From: Xylographa opegraphella
Lineage: Eukaryota
Direction: 5' to 3'
NCBI GenBank assembly: GCA_022813865.1
Contig: JALDZX010000003.1
Span: 372,001-436,000, forward strand
Length of the DNA stretch: 64,000 nt
In this document: one piece after another, positions 26,829 through 39,608 of the stretch
Layout of the letters: every line of letters starts with the position of its first letter
Numbering within the stretch: position 1 is the first letter of the stretch
The notes under the pieces: model-generated
Seen by the model: only the letters and a program-made list of their open reading frames with translations
The model's database searches: none
Told to the model about the DNA's origin: nothing
Translations under genes and position numbers: made by a program

Positions 26829-28609
26829 ATGACAGTACTTTCAGATGAAGCTCGAACTGAAGCCGATCGAGAATTGGAACAGCCTCCGCACCAAACAGAG
26901 TCAAACGAGTCCCAGACGGCGTCCGAGTACGTAGATTTATATGAATCGAATGATGGGAGAAGAGTAGCTGATTGCGCACTTGCAGGTTTATAGACAGTCA
27001 GCTGCGGCTTGAGGCTGATGCGCGAGAAGCCCTACCTTATGTATGTCTTCCTCCTGCATATCTTAACATGGAGACTGATCTGTTTGCAGTCTTTCGAGCA
27101 TTGTACATATCCTCTTGGACCTCTTCGTCAAAGCCTCTTCTCCTGCCTGACCTGTAATCCACCTCCTGCGTCGGTGTCAGATCCTTACACGCCTGCTGGG
27201 GTATGTTACGCGTGCTCTATCGCCTGCCATGGGGAGCATATTCTAGTTGAGCTATTCAATAAGCGAAACTTCACATGTGACTGTGGGACTACACGACTGC
27301 CCGCCACGGCTCCTTGTACGTTGAGAATAGATCCAAGAACAGGAACCAAGGGACCTGTGCACTCGCAGTCGCCGGCACCAGGGAATAATTATAACCAAAA
27401 CTTCCGCAACAGGTTTTGCGGTTGTGGCGAGCTTTATGATCCGGTCAAACAGGAAGGCACTATGTATCAGTGCTTGGGCTTGGCCACTGAAGTCGAAGGT
27501 GGATGCGACGAAGATTGGTGGCATCCTGAATGCTTGCTTGGACTACCCCGAGATTGGCATACGCTGGGACACAAAGTCACTCATATTGAAAAGAAAACGG
27601 CATCGGGCCAGTCTCTTGAAGAATCGCTAGAATCGGACACTGATAAGAATCACCCCATTCCTCCAGGTTTTCCCGATGAGGACCAAATTGAGGCAATCAT
27701 ATGTTACAAATGTATTGCTACAAGCCCTTGGGTAAAGCGCTACGTAAATTCAGAAGGTTTCAAGTCCTTGAGACATGCAAATGGCGGTCAACACAAAAAT
27801 CACTCACTACCAATAAAGGCAGGAGCAGGAGCAGGAGCAGGAGCAGACTTTACATCAACTGTGAGCGAAGTCAAGGTAGAAGAGCGGTCTGAAGTGATGG
27901 CAGTCTCAAAGAAGCGCAAAGCAGACGACAATGACCTCGTGTCAGGGTCTTCCTCACCTAAAAAGGTTAAGAACGAGGTCAATGATACGATTGCTGAACC
28001 TACGGAGCCTTCAACCTGCCGTTCAGCAATATTACCACCACCACCACCAGGTTACATTTCACTTGTCGCTTGCGACGAGGACTTCCGATCCCGGTTGTGC
28101 CGCTGTCCAAACTGTTATCCTTCGTTGAGCAAATATCCTCAACTTCTAGAAGAGGAGGAAATCTATGAGCCGCCTCTTTCTGAAGACGGGGAGAATGCGG
28201 AGGGTGGCGGTAGTGTAGGCACGGGGAGTCTACTGGATAGAGGCGAAGCCGCACTGAGCAATGTCGATCGAGTCCGGGCTATCGGTAAGTCTGGACAATA
28301 TGCACTACGTTGCGACTAAGATGCTGAGACTCGCAACAGAGGGAGTGATGGTATACAACCATCTCAAGGACAAAGTGAAGAGCTTCTTGCAACCTTTTGC
28401 GGAGAGTGGTCAAGCGGTCGGCGCGGAGGATATCAAGGCGTATTTTGAGAAATTAAGGGGGGATGCTGAAGCCATCCGGGCTGCGGGAGGGGCTGCTCTT
28501 GCGGGAACGGGCGATATGGAAGGAGGAGACAATCGTCGGGAAGAGAGCGGTGAGTCTGCTCTAGATGACCAGGTCTAGAGAGTTTATGCTGACGTTTTTA
28601 GGCTACTGA
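26829..28609 (+). CDS. mlo2: UBR-box/PHD protein Mlo2/UBR7, multi-exon
   Basis: Motifs FIDSQLRLEADAREALPY, CTYPLGPLRQSLFSCLTC, GVCYACSIACHGEH..VELFNKRNFTCDCG, YNQNFRNRFCGC, CDEDWWHPEC and LSNVDRVRAIE. Confidence 0.9.
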
Positions 28610-28902
28610 AAGAACGCTGTAAACGTTGTGTACATGATCGCTCTGTACGAGTGCCCACTGTCACTGTTTAGCAAATAATCAACCTTCAATTCCGTCGCAG
28701 ATGCTGCTCTCGTTGAATGCTCAGAATAACTTATCCCGATCATGGAAGCATAAAGTTGTGCAGGTCCTCTACGACGAGTCGTACCAAGATCTCCAGAACT
28801 TGGCCATAGCCTCCCATGCCAACCGCAGAAACTCATACCAGCCCTCCTCCCATCCCCCACTTCCAATCCACCCCAAACCACGTCCCCTACCATCACTTAA
28901 GC

Positions 28903-29703
28903 ATGCCTCCCATACGTATCTTGATCATCAATCCCAACTCCACCTCCTCCATGACCCACGCCCTCAAACCCCTCATCGACTCCCTCGACTACACCAACGT
29001 AGGCCCCCTCCCATAATCCTTATCCCCATCCCCTCACGCCCCACAGACACAATACACGTACTATACCGCCCCCAGCGGCCCCCCCTCCGTTAACAACAGC
29101 GCCGACATCCACGCCAGCACCACCGCCTGCCTCGCGGACCTCAGCACCTCCACCCCCAATGGCGGCACCGCCCTCCGCAGCGAACACGCCGCCTACGACG
29201 GCTACCTCGTAGCCTGCTACAGCCGGCACGGGCTCGTGACCGCGCTGCGGGCCATGACGACAGCGCCGGTGGTGGGGATCTTCGAAGCGAGCGTCGCCGC
29301 CGCGCTGCAGCTCCTGGATCTGGAGTACGAGCTGCGGCAGCAGTTCGGGATCGTGAGCACGGGCGCGGCGTGGGAGGCGCTGCTGGGGGAGGGGGTGGGG
29401 TTGCTGCTGGGCACATTTGGCGGGGGCGAGGGGCCGTATGGGAGGTGTGCGGGCGTGGAGACTACGGGGCTGAATGCTACGGAGCTGCATAGTGCGGAGC
29501 AGGGGGAGGTGAAGCGGAGGGTTCAGGAGGCGGTGAGGAGACTGGTGGAGAAAGGGACGGTGAGGGTTGTGTTGCTTGGGTGTGCGGGGATGGCGGGGAT
29601 GGACGGGTGGGTGAGAGAGGTGGTGGGAGAGCGGGTTAGGGTTGTGGATGGGGTGAAGGCAGGGGTGGGAGCGCTGCAGGGGTTGATTAGGGGGCAGTTC
29701 TGA
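28903..29703 (+). CDS. dcg1: Asp/Glu/hydantoin racemase family protein (Dcg1-like), 2 exons
   Basis: Motifs [36 protein letters not shown] and [10 protein letters not shown] (two catalytic Cys). Confidence 0.88.
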
Positions 29704-29758
29704 ACATATGGCAGGGTAGCGTAGGCGTGTATTTTCAATAAGCTTGATGATAGGCTAG

Positions 29759-31290
29759 TTACTGCCTTGGTCCTAACTTTTGAAGAGCGGCACGCGGGCC
29801 TTGCTCTTGCCACTCTTGCTTCGATACCCACATGTTCTCCTTGTCTGCCATCTGTGAAACTGTAAGCCGTGTATGGAGTATTGGATCTCGAACCGTTACT
29901 TACAATGTTGGCAAGTACTGCACCTCCAAGGAATACCATATGCCGCCGCCGAGGTGGGTCTTCTATCCTTACTTTGAATTTCTGAAACAAGTATTAGTGG
30001 GAAGAGTCACTCATCTTGGAAAATCACTTACGTTCAGCCGCTCTGGGTTGCCATGTAGGACTTTCGTCAACCACAATTGTTTTATCTCTTTCTCCAATCG
30101 TGACGGCAGTCCAGGGTACATGCTACTCCCTCCGCTCAATACAATTGCCTTGTAGAGACTACTCCGGATGTCGACTTCTGCTGCCTGTATTGTGTTGAAA
30201 AGAAACTCAGCTATACCCGGTTGCTCGACGTCCACAAGATGTGGCTGGAATAGGCATTCAGGGGCTTCAAACCGCTCACTACCAACTCTTATAACTCGGC
30301 CGTCGGGGAGCGTGTATGATTCCACAAGAACAGTAGTGTCTTCGCTAAGTCTCTGGTCCAGCTCAAGGTCATAGCTGACATAGCATAGCTTCTCCTTGAT
30401 TTGCCTGACAGTTTCGAAATCCGCCGTTCGATTCAGGGCATACCCACGGCGCAACAGAAGGGCAATCAGATTCCTAGTTACGTCTCGTCCCGCCACGTCG
30501 AGTCGCCGTGTGAGGTGGTTGAGTACCGTCGATTCATACACAGGAACAATGTGAGTCACACCATCACCCGAGTCTACCACAACTCCACTGCTCAAACCTT
30601 ATACTTATTGTCAGTGATTTTTTTCTCACGAAGCCAGCCTGAAACTCACCCTGGGCGTAAAGGGCCAGTACTGCTTGAATTGATACATAAACTCCTCCAA
30701 AATTATATCGTTCAAACATGACCTCACACATTTGCTCACGGTTCTTCAGAGGATTCATGGGCGGTTCTGTGAGTAGAATTTTCCGGCCAGTGGTATCAAC
30801 CTTCAGCTTCTCGTGGAAGGTGTAGTCCCATAAATGCTGCATATCATCCCAACGCTTCACAATTCCATTTTCCATCTGCATTCAGTACTCGTCAGCCGTA
30901 GCGGAGAGTGGAATTGGATATGTTAGCTTTCTGCGTCGCACGACGTACAGGGTAGGTGATTTGTAGCATGGACCTCGCGGCTGCTGCTTCATCTCCACAC
31001 ATAATATCCTTAACCACAATATCGCCGGCTCGCTCTTCTGACCGCAGAATGGGTCGTCCAACAATGGAGGGATATTGAAATTCGGGAAAGTTCTAGGTTG
31101 AAAAACCAGTGCTCAGCATACATCAAGCTCCATGAATTTACCTGCTTGTTCTTCAGAAGCTTGAGCTTACCTGTGCAGCATAGCCAACCTTAAGAAACCC
31201 AGTCCCTCCATCGAGGACTATAAAGTAGGGTCAGCGCATTGACATATGAGGTTGATATGGTACCTATGAACCTATAGGTGGCTCTGCCAT
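29759..31290 (-). CDS. arp2: Actin-related protein 2 (Arp2/3 complex), multi-exon
   Basis: Motifs [56 protein letters not shown] and [19 protein letters not shown]. Confidence 0.96.
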
Positions 31291-31621
31291 GTTGAGTAGC
31301 AATTATCGAGGTCGCATACTAATCAATCCTCCCCACAAGAGAGCGCACATAAAGTGCCTAGGATGCATGGCGGGCAAACCGAGGGCGGGAGGACGGTTAG
31401 GATAAACATTCTTGCGGCGCCGAATATTTTCAAGTCTGCTCGGACATCTTTGTTGTCTCACTTACAGTTCAAAATTGCACTTCTGAATGCCTCAAATCGA
31501 TGATCTTCGTAGTGACTACTTTCAAACTATATCATGGAGAACTATTCTAGTCTAGTGTTGCTGTTTGTACAGTTCATTTTTCACGACACTCAATGCTCTC
31601 ACAGAAATTAAATCGACCATA

Positions 31622-33180
31622 TTAATACTTAACGCCGAAGGGGTTGGGCGTTATGCTCTCAATATCAACGTATCCAAAAGAATACATGCCTGTATCATGT
31701 CCCATCTTTTCACTCCAATCACCCATGTCTTTTTGAAAGATCTTCTCATATTTCTCTTGGCTGAGATCGAGAGGCTCCTGGTCCTTGCCTACTTGTCGGA
31801 TGAATGTACCTTTAATGAAGTCAGCAATCGATCAATAGTATAATAGTTCATTCATCCTGTAGCATACCGGCGGCAACATTAGTAAGTCCAAAATTCTGAT
31901 CATCAAGTCTCTGTTTGATTGCACCCTTGACCTTGCCCGATAGGATATCTTTGGGCAAGTAAAATTCTTGACAAACTGGTCGAGCGAGACCAACTCCGTC
32001 AACTGTGTCGAGTGCTTTTACCATACCTCCGGCTGTTTTGAGTCCCCCCGTGATATATGTCTTGGTTTTGTGAAGCGCTGGTACAATCGTTTCCGCAAAA
32101 TCGAGGAAGAAGGATTCCCTTTTCTTTGTGCTTTCACGCTTGTGCTGGAAAGCCTACCAGAAACAGTCAGATGATATGCCTCGGCCTTGACGGAGTGCGT
32201 TGCTTACCAAATTCTCGTACGTGCCTCCGCTCAATTCGACAAAGTCGAATTTGCGCGCTTCGAGGTTCTCACAGAGCTTTTTGCATTCTTTGGTATCAAA
32301 ACCCTTGTCTTGGAACTCGACACTATTGATTTTTATGCCAAGAACGAAGTCCTTAGGAAGTTTGGCCCGGATCTCGTCAGCAATCTCCATGATCAGGCGT
32401 GACCGGTTCTCAAGAGAGCCGCCATATTTGTCAGTGCGGTGATTCGTCGTCGGTGAAAGGAACTGGGAGAGAAGATACCCGCTGGTGAAGATTAGTACGA
32501 ACGACGTGGCGCAATGGGAAATACTCACTGAGCGCCGTGCAGTTCGGCGCCGTGGTACCCTGCTTTATACAAGAACTCGGCTGCGTGAACAAAGCACTGC
32601 TTGATATGTTCAATCTCTTCAATGGATGCAGCGTGCGGTTTTTCGAAATGCATCCCCATCACCTCGCCTTCTAATTGTATGTCACTTGCGCTCACTGGGT
32701 CCTTCTGAATCCTGGTCTCGACCTGTCGTCCTGGATGGCTCAACTGTCCTACGATGAGACTCCCGTGCTTCTTACTCGCTTCAGCAAGTTCTTTGAAAGC
32801 TTCGAAACGTTCGCCGGAGAATCCGGCGTCTATAGGAATGATAGGGTTTCCTGCGGCCTCTAATTGGTCGAGTTCGATCATGATGTTTCCTGTTCTTCAA
32901 CATTAGGGAAGGTAGATTCCCAAAAGAGGCATCTTGGATCATTACCGGTCAATATCATTCCGAACTCTCCTTCGCCCCACCGCTTATATACGTTGATGAG
33001 GTTCTTCGAGGGTATGCCTCGGGCAGGAAGGTCCTTTGGGTCCCATGACGAAATCCGCTCTGTCATTGCAGCCTTCAAGAATCGATTTTGTGCGGTCAAG
33101 CCGGAGAACTCAAAGTGAAGCGGCTTCCCCAGGGGTTCGGGGGAGAGATCCTCACTCTCATATCTAGCAGCTGGTGCCAT
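31622..33180 (-). CDS. NADH:flavin oxidoreductase (old yellow enzyme family), multi-exon
   Basis: Motifs [23 protein letters not shown](H)[32 protein letters not shown] and [11 protein letters not shown]. Confidence 0.92.
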
Positions 33181-34190
33181 GTTTTCGGAGATGTGGAGAG
33201 AACAACCGGGGCAATGTTGCCGAATTAATTGAACTGATTTTCAAAAATATATGGAAGCAACAAGCTGAGAGTGGGAAGATGGGTAATGTAACGTTTGGCC
33301 CCAAGGGACTCGATCGTAAATTCTTCGACGAGAATTTGTTGATCACGTCATGGGCATGGCGTCACAACATGTGGCATAAATGTTATTTGCAATTGCCATT
33401 CTTCCCGTGAAGCTTAACATGAAGTATTTCTGGACTAGCGGCGATATGTTCTACTTGTGTAGTAACGTCAATAATGCCCGTTCGTTGATATGATAGGTCC
33501 TATGTAAAGAGGTAAGGTAGGCCATCCTTAGCCGTGGCCGAGCGATCGTTCCCGCCCCGTCCTTAAGATAGTTATCGGCTCTTCTTACTATCGATACGGA
33601 GATTGATTCGGCAGCGATGCTCTTATCGCGCGATAAGAAAGCTGACGGAAAATGATTCATGTGCATCGTACTGAGGTACCGTGCTGCCATTTCCTGAAGG
33701 CACCATGAAGCATCTCCCTTAGAGCTGGGTACTGTATTCTTTCTGAAATGTTCCGGGGACTTATCTCTCAAAAGGACATCGTAAACGGTGTCATTTTGTC
33801 ATTCGCTTTGAACATTCTCTTTCTCAGCTCAAATGTAGTCAAAGTTTGTCCGTTTGAAGCAATTATTTCTTCTGGAAGCGTGTTCTGAGTCCTGAGCGCT
33901 TACTGTTGCTTGGTCCTTTAGCCTGTCTTCCATGTACCTAACTTCCCCGCCTTTCCACGGCTTTAGTGCTATTGCATCACATCCATTCCTCTATCGACAC
34001 GGAGAAGCCAGGCATTTCTGTTGCCCCTCTCATTCGTGTTCCTTGTTCAGTCCTATCCGAACGAATGGTGCGTCGTCGTGGGATGATTTTTCTGCTCTGT
34101 AGATCTGAAAACCACATCTATTTTGTGGAAATGCCAAGGTGTTGCTCTCCATGGTTTGAGTCCTGTCCACAGGGTACCCCATTGCAGAGA

Positions 34191-34198
34191 TATAAAAG
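34191..34198 (+). promoter_or_regulatory. TATA box upstream of the alpha-galactosidase gene
   Basis: TATAAAAG 44 bp upstream of the ATG at 34235. Confidence 0.55.
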
Positions 34199-34234
34199 CC
34201 TTCCAGGAATGGACTTCTTTACGTTCCCAAAATC

Positions 34235-35816
34235 ATGGCTCTGTCCTGCCTCTTTAGGATCATAGCTGCAACTACGCTGTTCGTTCATGCCGTATGGTGT
34301 CAAAGTTATAATGGCCTTGCTGTCACCCCTGCAATGGGATGGGTATGTTTGCGCTTCTCTTGCGCAAGAATGGATTGGATGTGGATATTAATGGCATTAT
34401 TAGGATAATTGGAACGCATTCGGATGCAGCGTGAGTGAGGACCTCCTTCTGGGAACAGCCAAAAAGATCGTCAATTATGGGCTTCGTGATTTGGGGTACC
34501 AATACGTGATTCTGGACGACTGCTGGTCGTCGGGTCGATCCAGTAACGGAACATTGCTACCAGATCTGACCAAGTTTCCAAATGGCATGGCTCATGTGGC
34601 AGACCAAATCCATTCTATGGGCCTCAGGTTCGGCATGTACAGCTCTGCTGGCTACTACACGTGTGGTAGATATGCAGGCTCGTTGGGCCACGAAACACAA
34701 GATGCCCAGACTTTCGCGGATTGGGGCGTGGATTACTTGAAGTACGACAATTGTTATAACGGAGGACAAGCAGGTACACAAATGTTGTCCTACAATCGGT
34801 ACGATGTCATGTCCCAGGCGCTGAACAAGACCGGCCGTCCTATTCTGTATTCGTTATGCAACTGGGGCGAAGATTCCCCGTGGAATTGGGCGCAAACAAT
34901 GGCCAACTCCTGGAGAATGTCTGGTGATATCTACGATTCCTTTTCTCGTCCTGATGTTCGTTGCCCCTGTACTGGTGATGAAGGCTATGAATGTGCCCTT
35001 CCGGGTTTTCACTGCTCAGTCCTCAACATCATGAACAAAATGGCATCTATCCAATCGAAGACTCAGTCTGGAGCCGAATCAGACATGGACATGCTCGAGG
35101 TACAGCCCACCTCACTATGCTCAATTTTCTTGTACTGAATCTTATCATCGAAGGTCGGGAATGGCGGCCAAACGGACGACGAGTACAAAACGCACTTCTC
35201 CATGTGGGCTCTCAATGCCTCCCCACTCATCATTGGAACCGATATCAGAAGCATGACCGCAGCCTCCCTGTCGATATACTCGAACCCCGCTGTAATCGCG
35301 TTGAACCAAGATGCAGCGGTCTCGGCTGCCATCCGTCATTGGCGCTACTACGTCTCGGACGTGGATGAGTACGGTATGGGCGAAATCTCCATGTGGACCC
35401 GCGTACTGAACAACAGTGACGTGGCCGTCGCTCTTGTCAACGCTGGAAACAACTCTCGAGAAATGAACGCATCACTTGCTGAGATCTTCTTCGACAACGG
35501 CGCTGCGAGGTCGCCGCAGGCGATGATGAGTTATGATGTCTATGACTTGTGGGCGTACCGGATGGATAACGCGACTGCCACGAGTGTTCTCAACGGGACA
35601 GCAAGCCCGATCGATACGAACAGCACAACCAGGTATAACGGCACAGCGATGAGCTATGCCGATGGCTTGGCCATGAATAGCACAGCCCTGATGGGCAATC
35701 GGACTGGAAGCGTATCTCCGCTAGGAACACTGACGGCGACAGTGCCACGACATGGCGTTGGATTTTTCCGGTTGAGAGCACAACCAGTCGGAATGAAGAA
35801 GAGGGACGAGCTGTAG
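34235..35816 (+). CDS. GH27 alpha-galactosidase (Mel1/AglB-like) with signal peptide, 3 exons
   Basis: Signal peptide, then NGLAVTPAMGW/DNWN, ILDDCWS, DYLKYDNC, YSLCNWG, SWRMSGDI and DMDMLEV; C-terminus KKRDEL. Confidence 0.93.
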
Positions 35817-36798
35817 TAACCACAGGACCGGGTCGACTTTCGTAGCTTGTATAGCTAGTTGACCACATGCGCACAGCCTCTCGATCCCCATGTAACTCCA
35901 CAGGCCTTGCACGCAGTATGGCATCAATCTTGGCACTCGCGTCTCTGGACCTGAACTCGTCTCCACTTTCGGCCCTTCCCCTTTTCTCCCACCCTCTCAT
36001 CTTATCTCCCACCCTCGCTACCAGCACCTTCATCCTCTCCACCTCCTTCACTAGCTCCCCATCCTTTGTAACCAGATTCGGCTGCACGTTGTCCCCGCCC
36101 GCTCAAAAGGCCGCAGCAACTCCCTCAACTGCTCTGCCTGCGCAAGCTTCATCCGCTGCACAGCTCGCGCTTTGCTGAGCGCGACCAGGCGGGCGCGGAG
36201 CTGCTTGTACCTGTGCCACATTCCATCAGCAGCCCCCTTCCAATACGCTGACCTAATTCAGCAAAGGTGAGGAAATGAAGAACCCGGCTCGTCGCCTCCG
36301 CAAACCCCTCCAACCCGCTCGCGTCCGCGGTGTCCTCGTCCGCTCATTCATCCGGAAGTGAGAGGATGGCTCTGCGGCAGCATCGCAGCTTGCCCCGCGT
36401 ATCATAGCAGACGTGCTCGTCGTCCCGCAGATCTACCCCGCACCCCACAGCGCCCGTATTGTCGTCTACGCCCCCCTCGTCCGGCGCGCCGGCTGCCCAG
36501 TACAGGGCGTCGATCTGCTCGGCGACGTGCCGCAGAGCGGGGGCAGGGGAGACATGGAGGTTGTGCTTGCGGATGAGGGCGTTGACTTGTACACTTGGAC
36601 GTTAGTGGGCGATGGTGCTGGGGGGGATGGGGGCGGACCTTGGCGGACGATGTCGTGGATGAGGGGGGCGGGGAGGGGGGCGGGGAGGGGGGAGGGTCCG
36701 GGTGGGGATAGCGAGGTGGGGGAGGGTGAGAGGGGGGTGGAGAGAAGGCGGGTTTGGGTGTCCAGGACGGACTGTTTGAGGGTGGGGATTGTGGCCAT
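35590..36798 (-). CDS. fta4: Kinetochore (Sim4 complex) subunit Fta4-like; frame disrupted as assembled, 3' end uncertain
   Basis: Segments PTLKQSVLDTQTRLLSTPLSP, ALRHVAEQIDALYW, YKQLRARLVAL and VQPNLVTKDGELVKEVERMKVLVARV match the Fta4 family pattern. In-frame TGA at 36344-36346 and a frameshift near 36095. Confidence 0.65.
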
Positions 36799-38447
36799 GT
36801 TGCGGGAGGAAGGTGGGCTGGGTTTTTTTGAGTTGCGCGATTGGGGTTTTGTTCTGTAGGATAGTTTTAAGGATCCGAGACTCGTTACCGTGACTCGTTA
36901 CGATTCGCCGTAACGCGTACTGATTGGTTACGATGCACGGGACTATCGTATTGAGGTATTATGCTCTTCTAGGACTAGTGGTATCCTATCTATCGTTGCT
37001 CAAAGGTTGGTGGACCTCGTAGGACAACTCCCATCAACATACCATTGCCACGCAAGGTCGCTTCACATCGTACACTGTTTCTCAACTGTGGCCAGTAGCG
37101 TTCCTTCGCTGTAAAATATGATGAGGTACTCGATTCACAAGAGATCATTTGTTAGATTCGCCTCGATTGAGCAGGCATCGGCGTCAAAAATGCGGACTTC
37201 CTCAAGCTCTGGCATTGGATGTTGGCCGATCGGGTGCACGTAGATGCTAACTACCATGCTTGTACAACGTTTGTGTTGACCAGAGTCGGATCCACCAAGT
37301 GGGTCAAGGGACCGCTCTGAGGGTATACGTCAACCAGGAGAACAAAACTTGACATAGGGTCTACCGCAGAGGACGGTATTAACCTTGCATGAGATAGCTT
37401 GAGAGGTTGGACGAATAGCAAGTTCCGATATTCTGCACCGATATCTAGGACGTCGGACGTTTGTCCAGTAGAGAATAAACGTGCTCTCGAGGCTAGGCAA
37501 TTGGCAGAGCGATCTCTTATGGGAAAGCGCGTAAGAGAGCATTCAGGAGCGAGAAAAAGCTCGACCACATCTCCGTAAAGTTACTCAGGATCAAGATTTA
37601 GAATACCAATCACCATTATTACGCCTTCCATACGATACCCACATCATAATCTTTTCTTGTCTGCTCGTCCTTGGGGAAACCCTTACGTGTTACTACTGGA
37701 TAAGTTCGATGGCACCATTCTGTCGCATGAAGACAGAAACTCTTCTTTAGAAAAAACATGTCGCTCCTTTACCGGGAAGCTTCGCCAATCCTATATCAAT
37801 ATGAATTTTCGTTTGGGGGAAAGTCCCGTTGCTGTGATGTTACTAATTAAACGCATCAGACGGATAAGTGATTTGTGGTTGGTCATCGGAAAGGAAGCAC
37901 TATTATCGCGGCCTGCCGAGCCTCGTGCGACAAGCCAAACGTTGGTGCGGAAATGAAGGATGACGAAGGACAAGTTGCAAACATGGCAAACGACAACTAC
38001 CGCCAATTGATTCGAAAATCTAAGAGTACTTGGATTGGACTTCTCGCTATGGCAGCTTAAAAAGAGAGAACCGTTCTTACCGTTGTTGCTCCAAAGCATT
38101 AGAGAGCCTGATTGGAAGTTACAGAAGGTAGGAATAGTAGGATTCGAAGAACATTCAGCCATTGAGGGCCCTCATAAGAACACTATTGAGAAATCCAATA
38201 ACAGCAATGGTTACCACTAGAGAAGCTGATTCCTTTGAGCCATCGCAGTGGGTACTGGGCAATTGAATCCTATGTCTTTAGCAATGCTGTTGAGTGTGGT
38301 CCAATGGAAGTTAGTTGCTAGTTTTCTCGACTGAATCGAGTGCACCTCAACTAGCCCGAGTGTACGAAGCATAAATGACACGCAGATGCAGCAGGAAGCA
38401 AGTGTGATCTATCCTTGTTCAGGTGGGTATTGTAAATTAAATTAATT

Positions 38448-39210
38448 TTACGATGCCTCTGACTGTACCGTTTGCTGGATCTTGTTAGAACTGTAGGCTT
38501 GTGGTTATGAATAAACTCACTACCAACCAATCCATTCCCTCATTTATACCTCTTCCGTCTACAGCCGAACAAGCCACTATACTCCAATTCCTATCTCTCA
38601 ATTCCCCTAACCGTAATGCCTCAGAGATATCACCAGCGCCCTTAGCGCCTGGCTGATCTTGTTTGTTGGCGAAGACTAGCAATGCTGCCTCGCGCAGCTC
38701 CTCCTCATTGAGCATAGCGGCAAGTTCCTCCGATGCGATACTTAATCGCTCAATGTCGGTGGAATCCATGACAAATATGACGGCCGCGGTATTTGCATAG
38801 TAACACCTCCAGTAAGGTCGTATCGAGGTTTGCCCACCAAGATCCTAAGTAACGGACCATCAGCTTTTTCAAGAGCTGTACCCTGGAGTGTAGACCATGT
38901 CATACCCAGACATTGAAATTCAAATTCTTGTAAGTCACGGATTCGACGTTGAATCCTATGGTAGGTATTGTCGTAACTACTTCTCCTATCTAGATAGCCA
39001 CAGTTCAGATTTTATTCCAACTCGCACCGTAGATGCTATACCTTTAGCCGGTATAGAAGTGTGGTTTTCCCTGCATTGTCCTGTCAGAAAACTTTAGTGA
39101 GCACTATGCGTAGAGGCGGCGTAAGATCGTACCAGTCCTAGGATTAAAATACGGATCTCTTTCTTTGTCCATAGCAGTCCCGAAAGAATACGGGAGACCG
39201 AGCCACCCAT
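38448..39210 (-). CDS. arl1: ADP-ribosylation factor-like GTPase Arl1, multi-exon
   Basis: Myristoylation-type MG start; motifs EIRILILGL, DLGGQTSIRPYWRCYYANT, LVFANKQD and WSIVACSAVDG.GINEGMDWL. Confidence 0.94.
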
Positions 39211-39608
39211 GCTGAAATGTGTTCGTATTTCCACTTGGGTTTTAGTCTTATGCCCTCGACAATTTTGTATGGCTAAGTATAATCGACGGACGAAATAGTA
39301 CTTTCCTGCGAGATAGAAATAGCTGGCGAGCACAGCGGTTCAATGACCTTCAAGTGCTATACGCAGGTTGCTTTGCGAAGATATGCTATAAGGCAATCAC
39401 CTCAACATAACGGCGGAATTGACGACATACCGTTATATGAATGTACGAATGCGGACGGCGGAATTGCGGCTACGGCGTCTATAATTTGCTGTTCTGCCGC
39501 AATCGAAGCTCACCAAGAACGATTAAAGCTGTGATGACAAGCACAAACCCTCAAACACTGCTTCATTACAGACGGTGAAAATTCCAAACACTCCTTTCGA
39601 TATCCATC

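Noticed and set aside
27819..27846. GCAGGA hexamer repeat (also the CCCGCT repeat near 49765)
   Set aside because: Ordinary coding microsatellites (AG and PA linkers).
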